64,000 bases of DNA from a virus. Positions 36,901 through 46,729 of this stretch are shown here, piece by piece. A model generated the notes under the pieces. The model worked only from the letters and a program-made list of their open reading frames with translations, was not told where the DNA came from and did not search any database. The DNA lies in the IMG/VR virus record IMGVR_UViG_3300030061_003170. One strand, 5' to 3'. Within the stretch, counting starts at the first letter, position 1, and every line of letters begins with the position of its first letter. Position numbers and translations under genes: made by a program.

Positions 36901-37779
36901 ATCTTCAATAACTTTTTCTATAAACTTATAGTAATCATTTTCTAATTTTGTAGAAATATTAACAAATTTATTGGATCTACTAAAAGAAGTTAAGAAAGAG
37001 CCTAATTTATCTAGCCAATTACTAGAGACATCAGCAGGGTCGATTTTAATCACACTAGATGCTAAAGAGTCTTTTAAATATTTCCCGACAAACTCTTCGG
37101 TTAAATTATTTTTTAAACTTTCCTCGGGAAAAAATGCTGGATCGGTTAAGTTTAATTTTGCAAACAATTCTTCACTTATTTCTCCATGCTCAGGTCCTAA
37201 TAAATTAAAAATTTCAACTTCTTTTGCTGATTGAGGGGAAGCATTGCCACTTAAAGTGTATTTGCCTAAAAGGTTTTTTTTGATTAAGTCTGTTACAGAC
37301 GTATCAAAAGTTTGAAAATTATAAAATTGCTTTATTAAAGATATCAAGGGTATTGTAAAAATACTTTCAGTAGTGTTCATCGCATATCTTACAATTTTTA
37401 CTTTTATTTTTTTAATTTCATCAGCAGAAAAATCCAGTTGATCAGTGTGCAGCGTTCCATCGACTACATCTTGACCTTGTCTAGTTGCAACACCTGTTTC
37501 ATTTTCTCCAAAAACCTCAAGATCCACATATTCAAGTTCATAAGTGTTATAAAAAGGTGTATTATTTTGAAGCACTTGTTCTAGCAAATAAACACCATTG
37601 TTTAGTTTGCCCAATTCTTCTAAAGATTCTTCTACGCCTTTTTGGTCAGTGGCTTTCACCAGTGACCTTATTTTTCGGACAATTGTTCTTAAATGTTCAT
37701 CAATTACACTTTTTGCTTTTGCCTCGGCGTTGAGTCGAAATTCGTTCTCAAGACCTTCTAGCCTAATTGTTTCAGCCAT
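33916..37779 (-). CDS. Large baseplate hub-like protein
   Basis: C-terminal IEMFGNTIFYPG...GGYHTVTSVKSSI...FKTTIEA hub-like pattern; synteny after LysM gene. Confidence 0.6.
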   Translation of the reverse strand: MAETIRLEGLENEFRLNAEAKAKSVIDEHLRTIVRKIRSLVKATDQKGVEESLEELGKLNNGVYLLEQVLQNNTPFYNTYELEYVDLEVFGENETGVATRQGQDVVDGTLHTDQLDFSADEIKKIKVKIVRYAMNTTESIFTIPLISLIKQFYNFQTFDTSVTDLIKKNLLGKYTLSGNASPQSAKEVEIFNLLGPEHGEISEELFAKLNLTDPAFFPEESLKNNLTEEFVGKYLKDSLASSVIKIDPADVSSNWLDKLGSFLTSFSRSNKFVNISTKLENDYYKFIEKVIEDSENIFEEPNDSSLLEKFEETIDISVNSNMVMDGELIDLLDSGLYSIVARFIENARREQLVEDRRDFDEFPDPDSEGFQKTLDDIEKKALGELSGSPLGEEGEKELTEEDIKNRQRFFKQCALMMNLPQLAKSYQKIIKNRIQKTMAAQSAQSRGSVTCQTFSRKFNNVPFDGRLYMVSNPDNQSATLSKMLNSDVAKELFNIPPSVLSSLVPKIKLFRVQNDEKKAVKTEFVFETSEDLNRERNFEKTINFFDSQFDKGSGVGLKNFSFEFNGTNPAESRKDIKATLQLHFQSFGDFVAERIGYNGEKYRFVDLILHPPKDEKEIIHRNQYSPSYYRIMAEVGYHIPKKSDLEVMFPWYNKAEQLVESLVRTNKSFYLCMIDHDFQINVDGTVNLNITYGAYVETILKTHQYDALATPEIVENRKQIFKNFIDIVNKRNCTQEELQRYRSALDAQQQIFREKSLQSIIKRLLDREKIFVCEISSEQASSYRTLGFFKDKPVLTGLKTKTEDVTQEDAIQQGDTLQEEKTEIILNQVALPDGYNYNSPNDNTIQYFYFGDLLHTILDTMYKKEDPTVLREEVENCRFILGSFDFDVYKDASGLNHTINIAQIPISVEYFADWFTNNVIKKGSTRKTFPIITFIRNLSSNLLQQSLLESCVNRRLDKNYSFQTGQITAYNEGASGKNSRDPLRKVFDNKSQQPVIQIQSHRTNTSGSSGGRIFPFKGDTVSEVKDISNYHNYIYLGVLGSSLSTNGNGKYAADNKNGMYHIEIGNNKGIVKSVNFAKTDMQFVREARFFQQGIDGLLQLSTVYKVTIEMFGNTIFYPGMDLYLNPYGIGGDKLGSPTQGPFAPGGERSLANKLGIGGYHTVTSVKSSIGVSGFKTTIEAQMYYAGDGSTSYVSNGAPNGQNVPSISKAKGRANTKNSVECENVIIAVESDLNLVEQNQSPYYLSNISDTMETSNRVSSNASDAIDAELDSLYGQESDPDNPGSSTP

Positions 37780-38111
37780 TATTCAAATGCTCCCAATACA
37801 ACATTAAGGTTGGTTGGGATCTCAATTACATCTCCTGGCATCAAGTGTCCTTCTGTTGGTGTTTGATTCCACTGAGCAATGATATACCAAAGAGTCTGAT
37901 CCCCATAGTATCTATAGGCAAGTTTCCAGAACTTGTCTCCTTGTGTCCAAAAGTGTTTAACAACATTAATTCTTTTTATCTCTTCTTCGTCGGGGTAAAT
38001 TAATTCCGTGGTTGTATATTGAACAATTTTTTTAACCCCTCGGTTATCCAAAGTGTTTTCATACATCTCATCATCATTCACTGCTCTGGTTCTAGTTTTA
38101 AACCTACTCAT
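37779..38111 (-). CDS. LysM-type baseplate wedge protein (gp53/tail X-like)
   Basis: GDKFWKLAYRYYGDQTLWYIIAQWN...GDVIEIP. Confidence 0.85.
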   Translation of the reverse strand: MSRFKTRTRAVNDDEMYENTLDNRGVKKIVQYTTTELIYPDEEEIKRINVVKHFWTQGDKFWKLAYRYYGDQTLWYIIAQWNQTPTEGHLMPGDVIEIPTNLNVVLGAFE

Positions 38112-38113
38112 AG

Positions 38114-38779
38114 TTATCTTCCTTTAAACGGGAAACCAATAATCCCTCCACCAAAAGTACCGTCGGTATCTTTAACTTTACTAAATCCAAGTTGATGCTC
38201 GTGCAAAACATTAAAATCAATTGAGATTTCAATAACCTTTGGGTAGAAATTCTGATTTTCTGTAAACATTCCCATCTCTAATGTTGGTGTCCAAGTAAGA
38301 CTTGTCACGTAACCTAATAATCCTTGACCATCATCGTTAGAATTGACAATTAAGTTTGCAAATGACAATCTAATTAATGGTGATTTTGAAATACTTAACG
38401 CATTTTGCGAGACTGTATTTGTTCCCACTTGTTTATTGTCTGTGTTGTATTGAGGGTACAGCATTTGTGTCAAAAAACCACAGTTTGCCAAATTATATTG
38501 AGCCTCCTGAATGGTTCCCGCTGGTACTGTCCACGAAATAGAATAAGATCTTTTAGTACCTTGAAACGTTGCAATGTTATCATTGCGACCATAAACTGGT
38601 TCTGCGTTCCAGGTCGAGTTAAAATTCTGTGTAAAATTATTTAAAAAAGCCATAAATTCTATTTCAATATCAGGCTCTACCATAGATTGAAATTTAAGTT
38701 TTGCTCCAGTAGCAGATGCGTACCCTTTAGGCACTGAAGTCGGCATCTTATTGTAAAATTCTTTTGGATATTTTGTCAT
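38114..38779 (-). CDS. Tail tube initiator / baseplate protein
   Basis: WNAEPVYGR...FQGTKR...YP.Y...PLIRL...PKVIEISIDF. Confidence 0.7.
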   Translation of the reverse strand: MTKYPKEFYNKMPTSVPKGYASATGAKLKFQSMVEPDIEIEFMAFLNNFTQNFNSTWNAEPVYGRNDNIATFQGTKRSYSISWTVPAGTIQEAQYNLANCGFLTQMLYPQYNTDNKQVGTNTVSQNALSISKSPLIRLSFANLIVNSNDDGQGLLGYVTSLTWTPTLEMGMFTENQNFYPKVIEISIDFNVLHEHQLGFSKVKDTDGTFGGGIIGFPFKGR

Positions 38780-40980
38780 TGACTTGCGACCTCCTCAACA
38801 AATCCTGTTAATGTAGTCACACCAGCATCATCAAGTTTTAGAACCATTTTCATTCCTTCAAAGACATTGTTAACACTTGACACTACATTGACAGCACTAG
38901 CGGCCACAGCAGCACCAGTAATTGAATCCTTTGCCCTACCAGCAGTAACTAATGCCAGATTTTCAACAGTTGCCCTTGCTCTTACCATCACATCATTATT
39001 GGCTCCAATTTGTTTTAACTCTTCATTCATTGTTTCTAATGCTCTAGAGTCAGCCCCTATAAAAACGTCTGATAGCATTGCCAAACCAGCCCCAGCAGCG
39101 CCAACTGCTGCTAGCGCAGCAGCAACTTTCAACAGTATTGGACTTGCGGCAACAAGGCCCCCAATAAGACCACCGCCAGCAGCCCCTGCGCCTCCTGCCC
39201 CTAAAAGGCCTGCGCCTCCAAGAGCAGCGCCTCCAAGCAAAACACCTTTCAAAAGCGAAAATGCTTTAACAGACATAAGGATAGTAGGGACTAATACTTT
39301 TAGAGCGATAGTGAATGAGCCAAATATAACGACACCTGCACCAATGGCTTGTCTTGTGTCTTTGTCTATTGAATCAACAAATTCGAGTGTAGCATCTAAA
39401 ACATCATGTATACCAGCAAGTATTGGCTTTACTGCTACAGCAAATTCAGCAGCGAGAACTTTAAACTTAGTTGTAATATCCATTGTCGCCGCGACGGCTT
39501 CCTTTAGCCTTGCTGTACCATCAGCACTTCTTTCCATTTGAGATCGATACTCTTCAAATTGGCCCATGTTCATGCCAAATATTCTTTGTGCTTCATTTAG
39601 GTCGCTAATACCAGCAGCGGCTGCAATTGCTTTTTGACTGAACTTATCCATATCATTAAATGCAACCCCTTGGGCCTGAACTTGTTCAATAAGCATTTTA
39701 ATTCTTTCATCTTCTTTCAACATCAACATTTCAGTTGTTGACAATTGAGTACCAAGAAGGGCATTAAATTTGGCGACTCCTTCAGCAGAACCTTGGAAAG
39801 TGTCAAACTTACGAGCAATGCTAAGAAGAGTTTCAGTCTCAACTCCTGCTACTTTGGCTGCGGCTGCAATACCTTTAAAAACGTGTATTGATCTCTCTCC
39901 ATAAACTGCTAATAAGCCTAAAGATTTATTAAAGTCTTGAGTCATTTTAGAAGCAGTTATTCCAAGAGTATCACCCATCATTGCTATGTTAGCAGCAGTA
40001 TTACTGCTTTGTTCTTCAGTCATGCCTAAATTTAAATTTAAGAATTGGAATGTCTCAGCAGACATTTTTCCTGTCACGTTAAGTTTTTGAAGCATTGCTA
40101 CTTGAGAGGCCATAGCCACTTTAGAAGAATCGGATATATTAACAAAGTTTGTTGTTTGTGCCTGAAGTATGCCAACTGCATCGGCAGCATCAGCCATGCT
40201 TACACCAAATAAATTGGCGGCCAGTTGGGTTTCTACCATAACATTAACAAGATCTCTACCAATAGAAGTTGTTTTTGCTAAAGATGCTTGTGCCTTGTCT
40301 GCTGCGATAACTAGCAGGGTTGTTTGTTCAACAATTTTAGTTACCATGGTGTAAACTAAATTTGTAAAATTAAATAAACTTTTAAAGTTTTCCGCAAAGG
40401 ATTTCGCGGCATCTTCACTTGTTTTTAGGCCGTTACCAACGTCCATCATCGTCTTCAGAAAAGTGTTGCTCTTCATTGATACAAAGCCAATTGAACCAGC
40501 AATGTCATTAAGTAACCTTTTCTGGTCTCGGCCTGCTTTGTTTTGAGCCACACCTACCTGGTATAATTCCTCAGCATTGTTAAGTATCTCGCCAGCCTGT
40601 TCGCTAATAGCCTCTCGCAACTTAGTGTTCTCAGAGATTGATGTGGCTTGTGTTCTTATTTGATCAAGTATCCCCTCTTCAAGTTCCCCTCGTTTAATTG
40701 CTAATTTAACTTCAGATTCTAAAAGATTTATCTGTGCTTGTCTCCGGGACTCAAGATCTTCTAAAGATGAGGCAGTACGAATTTGAGCAGCGGCTAAATC
40801 TTTTTCAAGACTTAACACTTCTTCTGAATTATTGATATACAATTGTTGTTTTGCCAATAATCCCTCAAGAGCATCTATGGCCAGACGTTTTTGCTCTAAG
40901 GCTTTGCCATCTAGCAATTCTGCTTCTTTCTTAAGTTTATTCAGTAACTCTTGTATTTCTAATTGTTTTTGCGTTGACAC
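38776..40980 (-). CDS. Tail tape measure protein
   Basis: Helical A/G-rich 734 aa with hydrophobic C-terminal segments; synteny. Confidence 0.75.
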   Translation of the reverse strand: MSTQKQLEIQELLNKLKKEAELLDGKALEQKRLAIDALEGLLAKQQLYINNSEEVLSLEKDLAAAQIRTASSLEDLESRRQAQINLLESEVKLAIKRGELEEGILDQIRTQATSISENTKLREAISEQAGEILNNAEELYQVGVAQNKAGRDQKRLLNDIAGSIGFVSMKSNTFLKTMMDVGNGLKTSEDAAKSFAENFKSLFNFTNLVYTMVTKIVEQTTLLVIAADKAQASLAKTTSIGRDLVNVMVETQLAANLFGVSMADAADAVGILQAQTTNFVNISDSSKVAMASQVAMLQKLNVTGKMSAETFQFLNLNLGMTEEQSSNTAANIAMMGDTLGITASKMTQDFNKSLGLLAVYGERSIHVFKGIAAAAKVAGVETETLLSIARKFDTFQGSAEGVAKFNALLGTQLSTTEMLMLKEDERIKMLIEQVQAQGVAFNDMDKFSQKAIAAAAGISDLNEAQRIFGMNMGQFEEYRSQMERSADGTARLKEAVAATMDITTKFKVLAAEFAVAVKPILAGIHDVLDATLEFVDSIDKDTRQAIGAGVVIFGSFTIALKVLVPTILMSVKAFSLLKGVLLGGAALGGAGLLGAGGAGAAGGGLIGGLVAASPILLKVAAALAAVGAAGAGLAMLSDVFIGADSRALETMNEELKQIGANNDVMVRARATVENLALVTAGRAKDSITGAAVAASAVNVVSSVNNVFEGMKMVLKLDDAGVTTLTGFVEEVASQ

Positions 40981-40992
40981 TTAAAGTTCCCC

Positions 40993-41352
40993 TCAATCTC
41001 TAAATGGCCACGGTAGATTTGTTTTTTCTGTAAAATCTACGGCTGCTTTATCAAGTTCTAACTTGATAGCCCTTGTGTCCTCATGACTCTTACCAAGTTC
41101 AACGTATGATTCAAGATATTCTTTCTCAAGGTTTAGAACTTTAGCGTAAGCCCTAACATCCTCATACTCACCTCGAATTACAAACTTAACTTCCTCAGCA
41201 TCTTCTTCATTAAGGTTAGCAACAACATTAGCATCTTCGCCATAAATATATTTAAGAAGTTTTTTGTTCCAAAAACCCCACATCTTCAAGAATGACTCTT
41301 GAAGGATTTCTTTGTTTGTAAAATCAATACGGATCACGAGAATCCCCTCCAT
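40993..41352 (-). CDS. Hypothetical protein (start may be GTG at 41337)
   Basis: Late motif upstream; ends LPWPFRD. Confidence 0.6.
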   Translation of the reverse strand: MEGILVIRIDFTNKEILQESFLKMWGFWNKKLLKYIYGEDANVVANLNEEDAEEVKFVIRGEYEDVRAYAKVLNLEKEYLESYVELGKSHEDTRAIKLELDKAAVDFTEKTNLPWPFRD

Positions 41353-41394
41353 CTCTTATTAAATAGTCAAAAATTATAAATGCTCATGGAAGTA

Positions 41395-41601
41395 TTATCT
41401 TGAACTTCCACGAGCCTTTTCTATTTCTTTTGCTTCATCTTCAAATTGTTTTTGTAATCTTTCAACAAACCATCGACGAAGACCTATAGGTAAATTGTAA
41501 GCCTCGGTCATACTCCAGCCCCCATGATGTTTTAGCAAAAAGAACTGTTCATACACTGCTTCCATATACCTATCGGTTAGGCCAAAAAAAGTCGATCCCA
41601 A
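41395..41601 (-). CDS. gp51-like tail/baseplate assembly chaperone (possible frameshift extension)
   Basis: YEQFFLLKHHGGWSMTEAYNLPIGLRRWFVERL. Confidence 0.75.
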   Translation of the reverse strand: MGSTFFGLTDRYMEAVYEQFFLLKHHGGWSMTEAYNLPIGLRRWFVERLQKQFEDEAKEIEKARGSSR

Positions 41602-42406
41602 ACGGGACCTCTACCTCCTGTGTATAATCGCAGTTTTTACAACTCATGTCTTGCTTAACTTCAATGTTCGGAGTAACTGCCTCTAAACACAGTTTAATAT
41701 GCCTCGCATCAGATGCCGTGATATTATCTAAAACATTTTGAATAATCTCTTTATCTTCAACGCCATGTATGTTAACTGTTACCATACTAATTTGCTCATA
41801 AGATAAACTAAGTTCTTCACTCTCAATATTGTCAACAATATATTTTGAAAGATAATTTTCATCCTTTCCAGTTAACAATCTAAACTGTAAACTAAAATTT
41901 GACATCGGTAATGTTGTTGTGAATGTTCCATCTCCATTTGAAGACACGTTAAGGCCCTCTAGAGATTGATTTTCAAACATCCTAGGGCTACCAATATCAA
42001 AGCGCAATTCGTTCGTTACAGAGCATTGTGGACACTGTAATTCAGCATCATACGCTGCCCCATATGCTGTCGCTCTTGCTGCAACTAATAATGCATTCTT
42101 ATCACCTATCAAAAGATCCTCAACAATGATAGAATCGTCAATGATAATATTCTGTAGGAATCTGTCTAGAGCAATACCTTTACGGATGAGTGATTGATTT
42201 GTAAGTATATCCTCATCTTTTGCTGTCATGTATCGAATCTCAACTGAATCCTTGCCTTTTAGTGGATGTCCTTCGGGATAGTGATTACCCTTCGAAGGAA
42301 TGTCAACGATTTCTGTTGGAGAGACAAAATCCAGTAAACTTACTGGTGGTGCCTCTGCTGGTTCCGCCTTATTATTGCCTAAGCGGTTTGAATTATTTCT
42401 TCCCAA
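41570..42406 (-). CDS. gp26-like baseplate hub assembly protein
   Basis: IPSKG..YP, MTAKDEDIL, GDKNALL, CPQC and CKNC, ends DFFWP. Confidence 0.8.
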   Translation of the reverse strand: MGRNNSNRLGNNKAEPAEAPPVSLLDFVSPTEIVDIPSKGNHYPEGHPLKGKDSVEIRYMTAKDEDILTNQSLIRKGIALDRFLQNIIIDDSIIVEDLLIGDKNALLVAARATAYGAAYDAELQCPQCSVTNELRFDIGSPRMFENQSLEGLNVSSNGDGTFTTTLPMSNFSLQFRLLTGKDENYLSKYIVDNIESEELSLSYEQISMVTVNIHGVEDKEIIQNVLDNITASDARHIKLCLEAVTPNIEVKQDMSCKNCDYTQEVEVPFGIDFFWPNR

Positions 42407-42429
42407 TTTTCACCTCATTAAATTTATTG

Positions 42430-43152
42430 TCATGGAAGTTGTTCGTATGTACCTCTACCAGATTTGTCGGTTTGTCGTTTTGGCGCGCCTGGTGTAGTCG
42501 ATCCCGGGGTGTTATTTGTAACTTCATCTGATAGTGGTGGGGATGTTGTCGTTTTTGATGGACTTGGTATGGCAGACAATGCTGCTGTTGTTGATGTGTT
42601 TAGTATGCTTTTTTGTTCCTGCTCAGACTTTTGTTGTGCTTGCTTGTTCTGTGCATTACTTCCTTTATTTAATTCTGCAAAGTCATATGTAATTTGTATT
42701 GTTAGTTGAACTAGTTCATCTGACGAATAGTCTAGTTTTCCAAAGTCAACGTTTGTTATAATGCTATTATATAATGTCCATTCCTCAGAAGACGTTCCGT
42801 CTGCTTCTAGTTGATGGAATATAATATCATTTAAAGCGCCATCGAAGCCATTTTTTTCAATCCCGTCTCTGCCACTTTCTGCAACTGTATTTGGCGTATT
42901 GTAACCAGAACTAATTAAATAATTATAAATTTCATTTGTTCTAACAGAATCATCTATTATTGTAATAGTGACTGGTAACCACGTAGCAACACCAGGGTAA
43001 TTAAATTTGTGATTAATTAATTGGTATGAATTACTAGAGACCTCAACAGTGGGCTTATCAATTGATTTCGCCCAATACCAAACCCCAGTTCCTAAAATTT
43101 TAAAACGAAATTGCCTTTTTGGGTTAGTTTTATTGTCTTTCCAGAAAGCCAT
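42430..43152 (-). CDS. Tail tube protein (gp19-like), paralog with S/T/P-rich tail
   Basis: PKRQFRF, KFNYPG..W, EEWTL, LDYSSDE, YDFA. Confidence 0.85.
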   Translation of the reverse strand: MAFWKDNKTNPKRQFRFKILGTGVWYWAKSIDKPTVEVSSNSYQLINHKFNYPGVATWLPVTITIIDDSVRTNEIYNYLISSGYNTPNTVAESGRDGIEKNGFDGALNDIIFHQLEADGTSSEEWTLYNSIITNVDFGKLDYSSDELVQLTIQITYDFAELNKGSNAQNKQAQQKSEQEQKSILNTSTTAALSAIPSPSKTTTSPPLSDEVTNNTPGSTTPGAPKRQTDKSGRGTYEQLP

Positions 43153-43160
43153 CCATCACC

Positions 43161-43712
43161 TTATTTAAAGTATTTCGCCGGATCAACAGATCTATTACCA
43201 GTCTTAATTTCACACTCAGCATAATCGTAAGCAATTGTCATTGAAATTTCACGAAGATCATCTGAATCATAACTAAAAGTTGAAAGATCAGCATCAACAA
43301 TCATTGGGTGCTTTACAGTCCAAACTTCAATTGGGTTACCATCTGCATCAATAACTGATATTATAAGATCCTTGATTGAAGTTTCAGTAGCATCTACTTT
43401 GTTAATTGTTTTGTATGTTGGTGCCTCGCCTGGGGCATCTTTTACTGCGTAACCACTATCTCGCAAAAGCCTCATAACTTGACTGGCTGCATCTGGACTA
43501 GCAGGGTCTACTAGTGTCAAGGTAATATCTTGCCATCTAACCTTCCCGGGAAACTTGTAAACGTTATCTAGATATTGATGTTCTACTGGGGTTGAAGTAA
43601 AGGTAGGGATCTTTACATTTTTTGCCCACCATAGAGGACCATCATCGCCAAGTTGAACCTTAAATCTAAATAGCCTTTTTGGCTCCTGTTTATTATCTTT
43701 CCAAAAACTCAT
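43161..43712 (-). CDS. Tail tube protein (gp19-like)
   Basis: EPKRLFRF, FPGKVRWQDITLTLVDP, IEVWT, YDYA. Confidence 0.88.
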   Translation of the reverse strand: MSFWKDNKQEPKRLFRFKVQLGDDGPLWWAKNVKIPTFTSTPVEHQYLDNVYKFPGKVRWQDITLTLVDPASPDAASQVMRLLRDSGYAVKDAPGEAPTYKTINKVDATETSIKDLIISVIDADGNPIEVWTVKHPMIVDADLSTFSYDSDDLREISMTIAYDYAECEIKTGNRSVDPAKYFK

Positions 43713-43742
43713 GTTTCATAACTCCTTCAAATTAAATAGTGT

Positions 43743-46667
43743 TTACTCGAATTCTACACCGCTTCTAGAGATAACAAAATCAATAGCGATGAATTCAATA
43801 GCACGAGCCGGCTTAATGTAGATCTGGGCATACATGATGTTCTGATCGATCAGGTCAGGTGTAGTGGTTGTCTCATCAAGAACAATCTTAAAATCAGTTA
43901 CACCATAATTGGATTTAACATTCTGTAAGATCCTCGAGGCTTGTCCCTTAAATCTATTAAAGGTCACGTCAACTGCTTGGTCGAACAAGAGGTTACGAGC
44001 AACAGCACCGATACGCTTCTTGATGAACACCATCAATCGACGAACGTTGATGCGATCTAGAGCAGACTGATTAAGTTGAAGTGTCTTCTGTCCGAAAGCA
44101 ACAATCCCACCAGCAGCAGAGAAGTTGGCAATTGGATTAATCTTTGCAGCATAAAGATCATCACGAAGTCCTTTGGTGAGTCTCTCATAAGTATCAAGCA
44201 CTTGTGGACCATTAGGGCCGCCGAGAGGACTAAGGCCCCCGCGATTAAACCCAGCAGGTGCAAACCATGGTTGAGAAGCAGCCTCAGATGCTGCAATCGC
44301 TCCAATACCAGCAACTGAAGAAGGGACATAGAGATTTACATCATTAATTGTATCTCCTAGCAAAACTGCTGGGTAATATGCAGTAGCATAAGAATTGTTA
44401 ATAAATCTGTTTTGAAGATTGTTAACAGTACTACTTACCGAACCGGCCTGTTCAACACCAGAATTACCATCGTAACCTGGTACATATCCACCATCAAGGT
44501 CAATAATTGCAAGGTGATCAGTCCGCTCGGCAGCAATTTCTAACATGCGATCTGTGATATCGTTATCGTTGATACCAGGGATTGCTAAAAGATCGAATGA
44601 TACGTTTTCTGGGTCTGCAACAATGTCTAGAGTCTTTTCTAGTGTTGCTCTTTCATAAGATGTGTTAAGATTGGTTCCAATGTTTGTATTATCAAATGGA
44701 TCTGCTTCAAAAACATCAACACCGTTTGTACCGCCCATCAATGGTGCAACAAATTGTCTAACGCCACCGCTAATAGTGCTTGTGAAAAGTGTCTTAAGAC
44801 CATCAGATGCTCTCGCAGTAACAGAGACATTGTCTTTGAAAGAACCTGATTGAAAATAGAATCTTCTAGAAGGAAGACCAGATTCAAGGTTTTGTCTTAT
44901 ATCATCAAGAGAGAATATAAAAGAGTACTCCATTGCAGCCGGTGGTGCAGCAGTTTCTGAAAGAAAATGACTAAAACCACCAGGCAATTCTCTGACTAGA
45001 TCATTATAACTTGCATCTTGATAAGTGTCTGCTGCAAGTCTTCTGTGGTCCACTCCAAAGTTATAAGTATGAGCGTATGCCGGTTGATTATTTGGGGCTG
45101 TACCTTGTGTGGTTAGTTTCAAAGAAGGATATATGAAAGACCCAGTGAAGGCGAGGGATGTTCCTAACTCATCAAATATAAAACTATCGGCAACAGCATC
45201 AGAGCCTGGCATTTGAAGCCCACCAGTAACAACTGTGTTGAGTTCGCGTGCTGGCGATGTGTCCCCAAGAGCCAGACCAAAAGGTCTGATCAGTCCAGAA
45301 CCGGACATGATACTGAAACCCTTAGGCCTAAGAGGTCCATAGAACCCAACTGGTAAACTAAGAGCACTTGCTAGAGTTTTGTTTTCTACTTTTGAAGAAA
45401 CTTCAACTCTAATTAAGTTCCCTCTAAGTGGATGCAGACCTCTATTGCTAAATCTTTTCTCGGTCGAATCCCACTCTGGTCTTTGATCACCAATCTTTCT
45501 AGAGATATAGTCAGAACGGCCTGGATCTAAAGTACATCCAGTATACAATTCTTCTGCTTGACCAGCACTATTAATAACTGACACAGAAAAAGAGGAAGGC
45601 TCTTCCGCTGTTCCCATTTTAAGATCTGAGATTTTAATTCTGTATTTCTTTTGAATCTCATCGCCTTCACTTAAAGCAATAAATCTAAATAGTTTTTCTT
45701 GCTGTGGTTGCTGGCTGATGAACCACCCAGTTTGAGCAGCCTGAGCATCGCCTAGATTATATCCCCAGTTATTACTTGTCAACGAACCAGATTGTAAGGC
45801 TAGGATGAGTCCATATTGCTTACCTGCCGCTCCAGAGATATCAGTAACAATTCTTTGTACCGACTCTTCATATGTTTCACCTAGGAAATACTTTAAATCA
45901 GTTCCTCCAAAGTTTGCATTGTTTCTTATCATCTGAGGATTTGTATTAAACTTGTTTCTAATATAATTGTTAGTATCAGTTGGATCAAAGTTTACAACAT
46001 GTTGTACATCATCAACCAATATTCTAAAAGTATTAGGTGCGGCTGCAGTGCTAATCGAGTTAATAAGCCTTCCAGATGCAGTGATTGGGGTGATGGCTGC
46101 AGGCTGTGTTGCTGTTTGACTACTTGTGGTTGGTGTTCCAATCAACTGAACACCGGCACCAGTTACATAAAAAACAGCGGCAAGAGATCCTGTGAAAGAA
46201 CCGACTTGAAATGAATTCAATGATGATGATGGCATGATAAACAAACCATAAGCAGAAACGTTATTAGTAGCATTTTGATTAGGACCATTCACGTTCAGTC
46301 CTGGAATTTGCCAACCTGCTTCTCCACCAGCCGTAGCATCTGAGGACTTTTCTCCCAAAAGACGGATATACTTTACAGGACCAACACCAGATGCCAAATA
46401 TGCTTGTGCAGCATACATTGCATACATTGGCGAGCCATAATTTCCACCTCTCCAAACATCTTTAGATTGAGATCTACCGGAAACAGGATCTCCAAAAACT
46501 TGTCTAAATTCTGCAAAATTATTAACTTTTACTGGCTTCATTGCCGGACCCATCGGTGCTCTACCAATAAGAAGGAGGCCGTCTTCCTCCGGGACTGGGC
46601 TAATCTGTGATTCGTCAACTTCTCTCAGTTGAACGCCAGGTGAAATAAAATCAAATCTTCTAGGCAT
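43743..46667 (-). CDS. Tail sheath protein (gp18-like)
   Basis: SPGV..REVD, PWFAPAGFNRG, INPI, GQKTLQ..SALDRINVRRL, KPARAIEFI. Confidence 0.95.
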   Translation of the reverse strand: MPRRFDFISPGVQLREVDESQISPVPEEDGLLLIGRAPMGPAMKPVKVNNFAEFRQVFGDPVSGRSQSKDVWRGGNYGSPMYAMYAAQAYLASGVGPVKYIRLLGEKSSDATAGGEAGWQIPGLNVNGPNQNATNNVSAYGLFIMPSSSLNSFQVGSFTGSLAAVFYVTGAGVQLIGTPTTSSQTATQPAAITPITASGRLINSISTAAAPNTFRILVDDVQHVVNFDPTDTNNYIRNKFNTNPQMIRNNANFGGTDLKYFLGETYEESVQRIVTDISGAAGKQYGLILALQSGSLTSNNWGYNLGDAQAAQTGWFISQQPQQEKLFRFIALSEGDEIQKKYRIKISDLKMGTAEEPSSFSVSVINSAGQAEELYTGCTLDPGRSDYISRKIGDQRPEWDSTEKRFSNRGLHPLRGNLIRVEVSSKVENKTLASALSLPVGFYGPLRPKGFSIMSGSGLIRPFGLALGDTSPARELNTVVTGGLQMPGSDAVADSFIFDELGTSLAFTGSFIYPSLKLTTQGTAPNNQPAYAHTYNFGVDHRRLAADTYQDASYNDLVRELPGGFSHFLSETAAPPAAMEYSFIFSLDDIRQNLESGLPSRRFYFQSGSFKDNVSVTARASDGLKTLFTSTISGGVRQFVAPLMGGTNGVDVFEADPFDNTNIGTNLNTSYERATLEKTLDIVADPENVSFDLLAIPGINDNDITDRMLEIAAERTDHLAIIDLDGGYVPGYDGNSGVEQAGSVSSTVNNLQNRFINNSYATAYYPAVLLGDTINDVNLYVPSSVAGIGAIAASEAASQPWFAPAGFNRGGLSPLGGPNGPQVLDTYERLTKGLRDDLYAAKINPIANFSAAGGIVAFGQKTLQLNQSALDRINVRRLMVFIKKRIGAVARNLLFDQAVDVTFNRFKGQASRILQNVKSNYGVTDFKIVLDETTTTPDLIDQNIMYAQIYIKPARAIEFIAIDFVISRSGVEFE

Positions 46668-46729
46668 TAAAATTCTCCTTATGCATTAATACATTCAAAG
46701 TAAATAGTTTCTTCAACTACGAAACGCAT

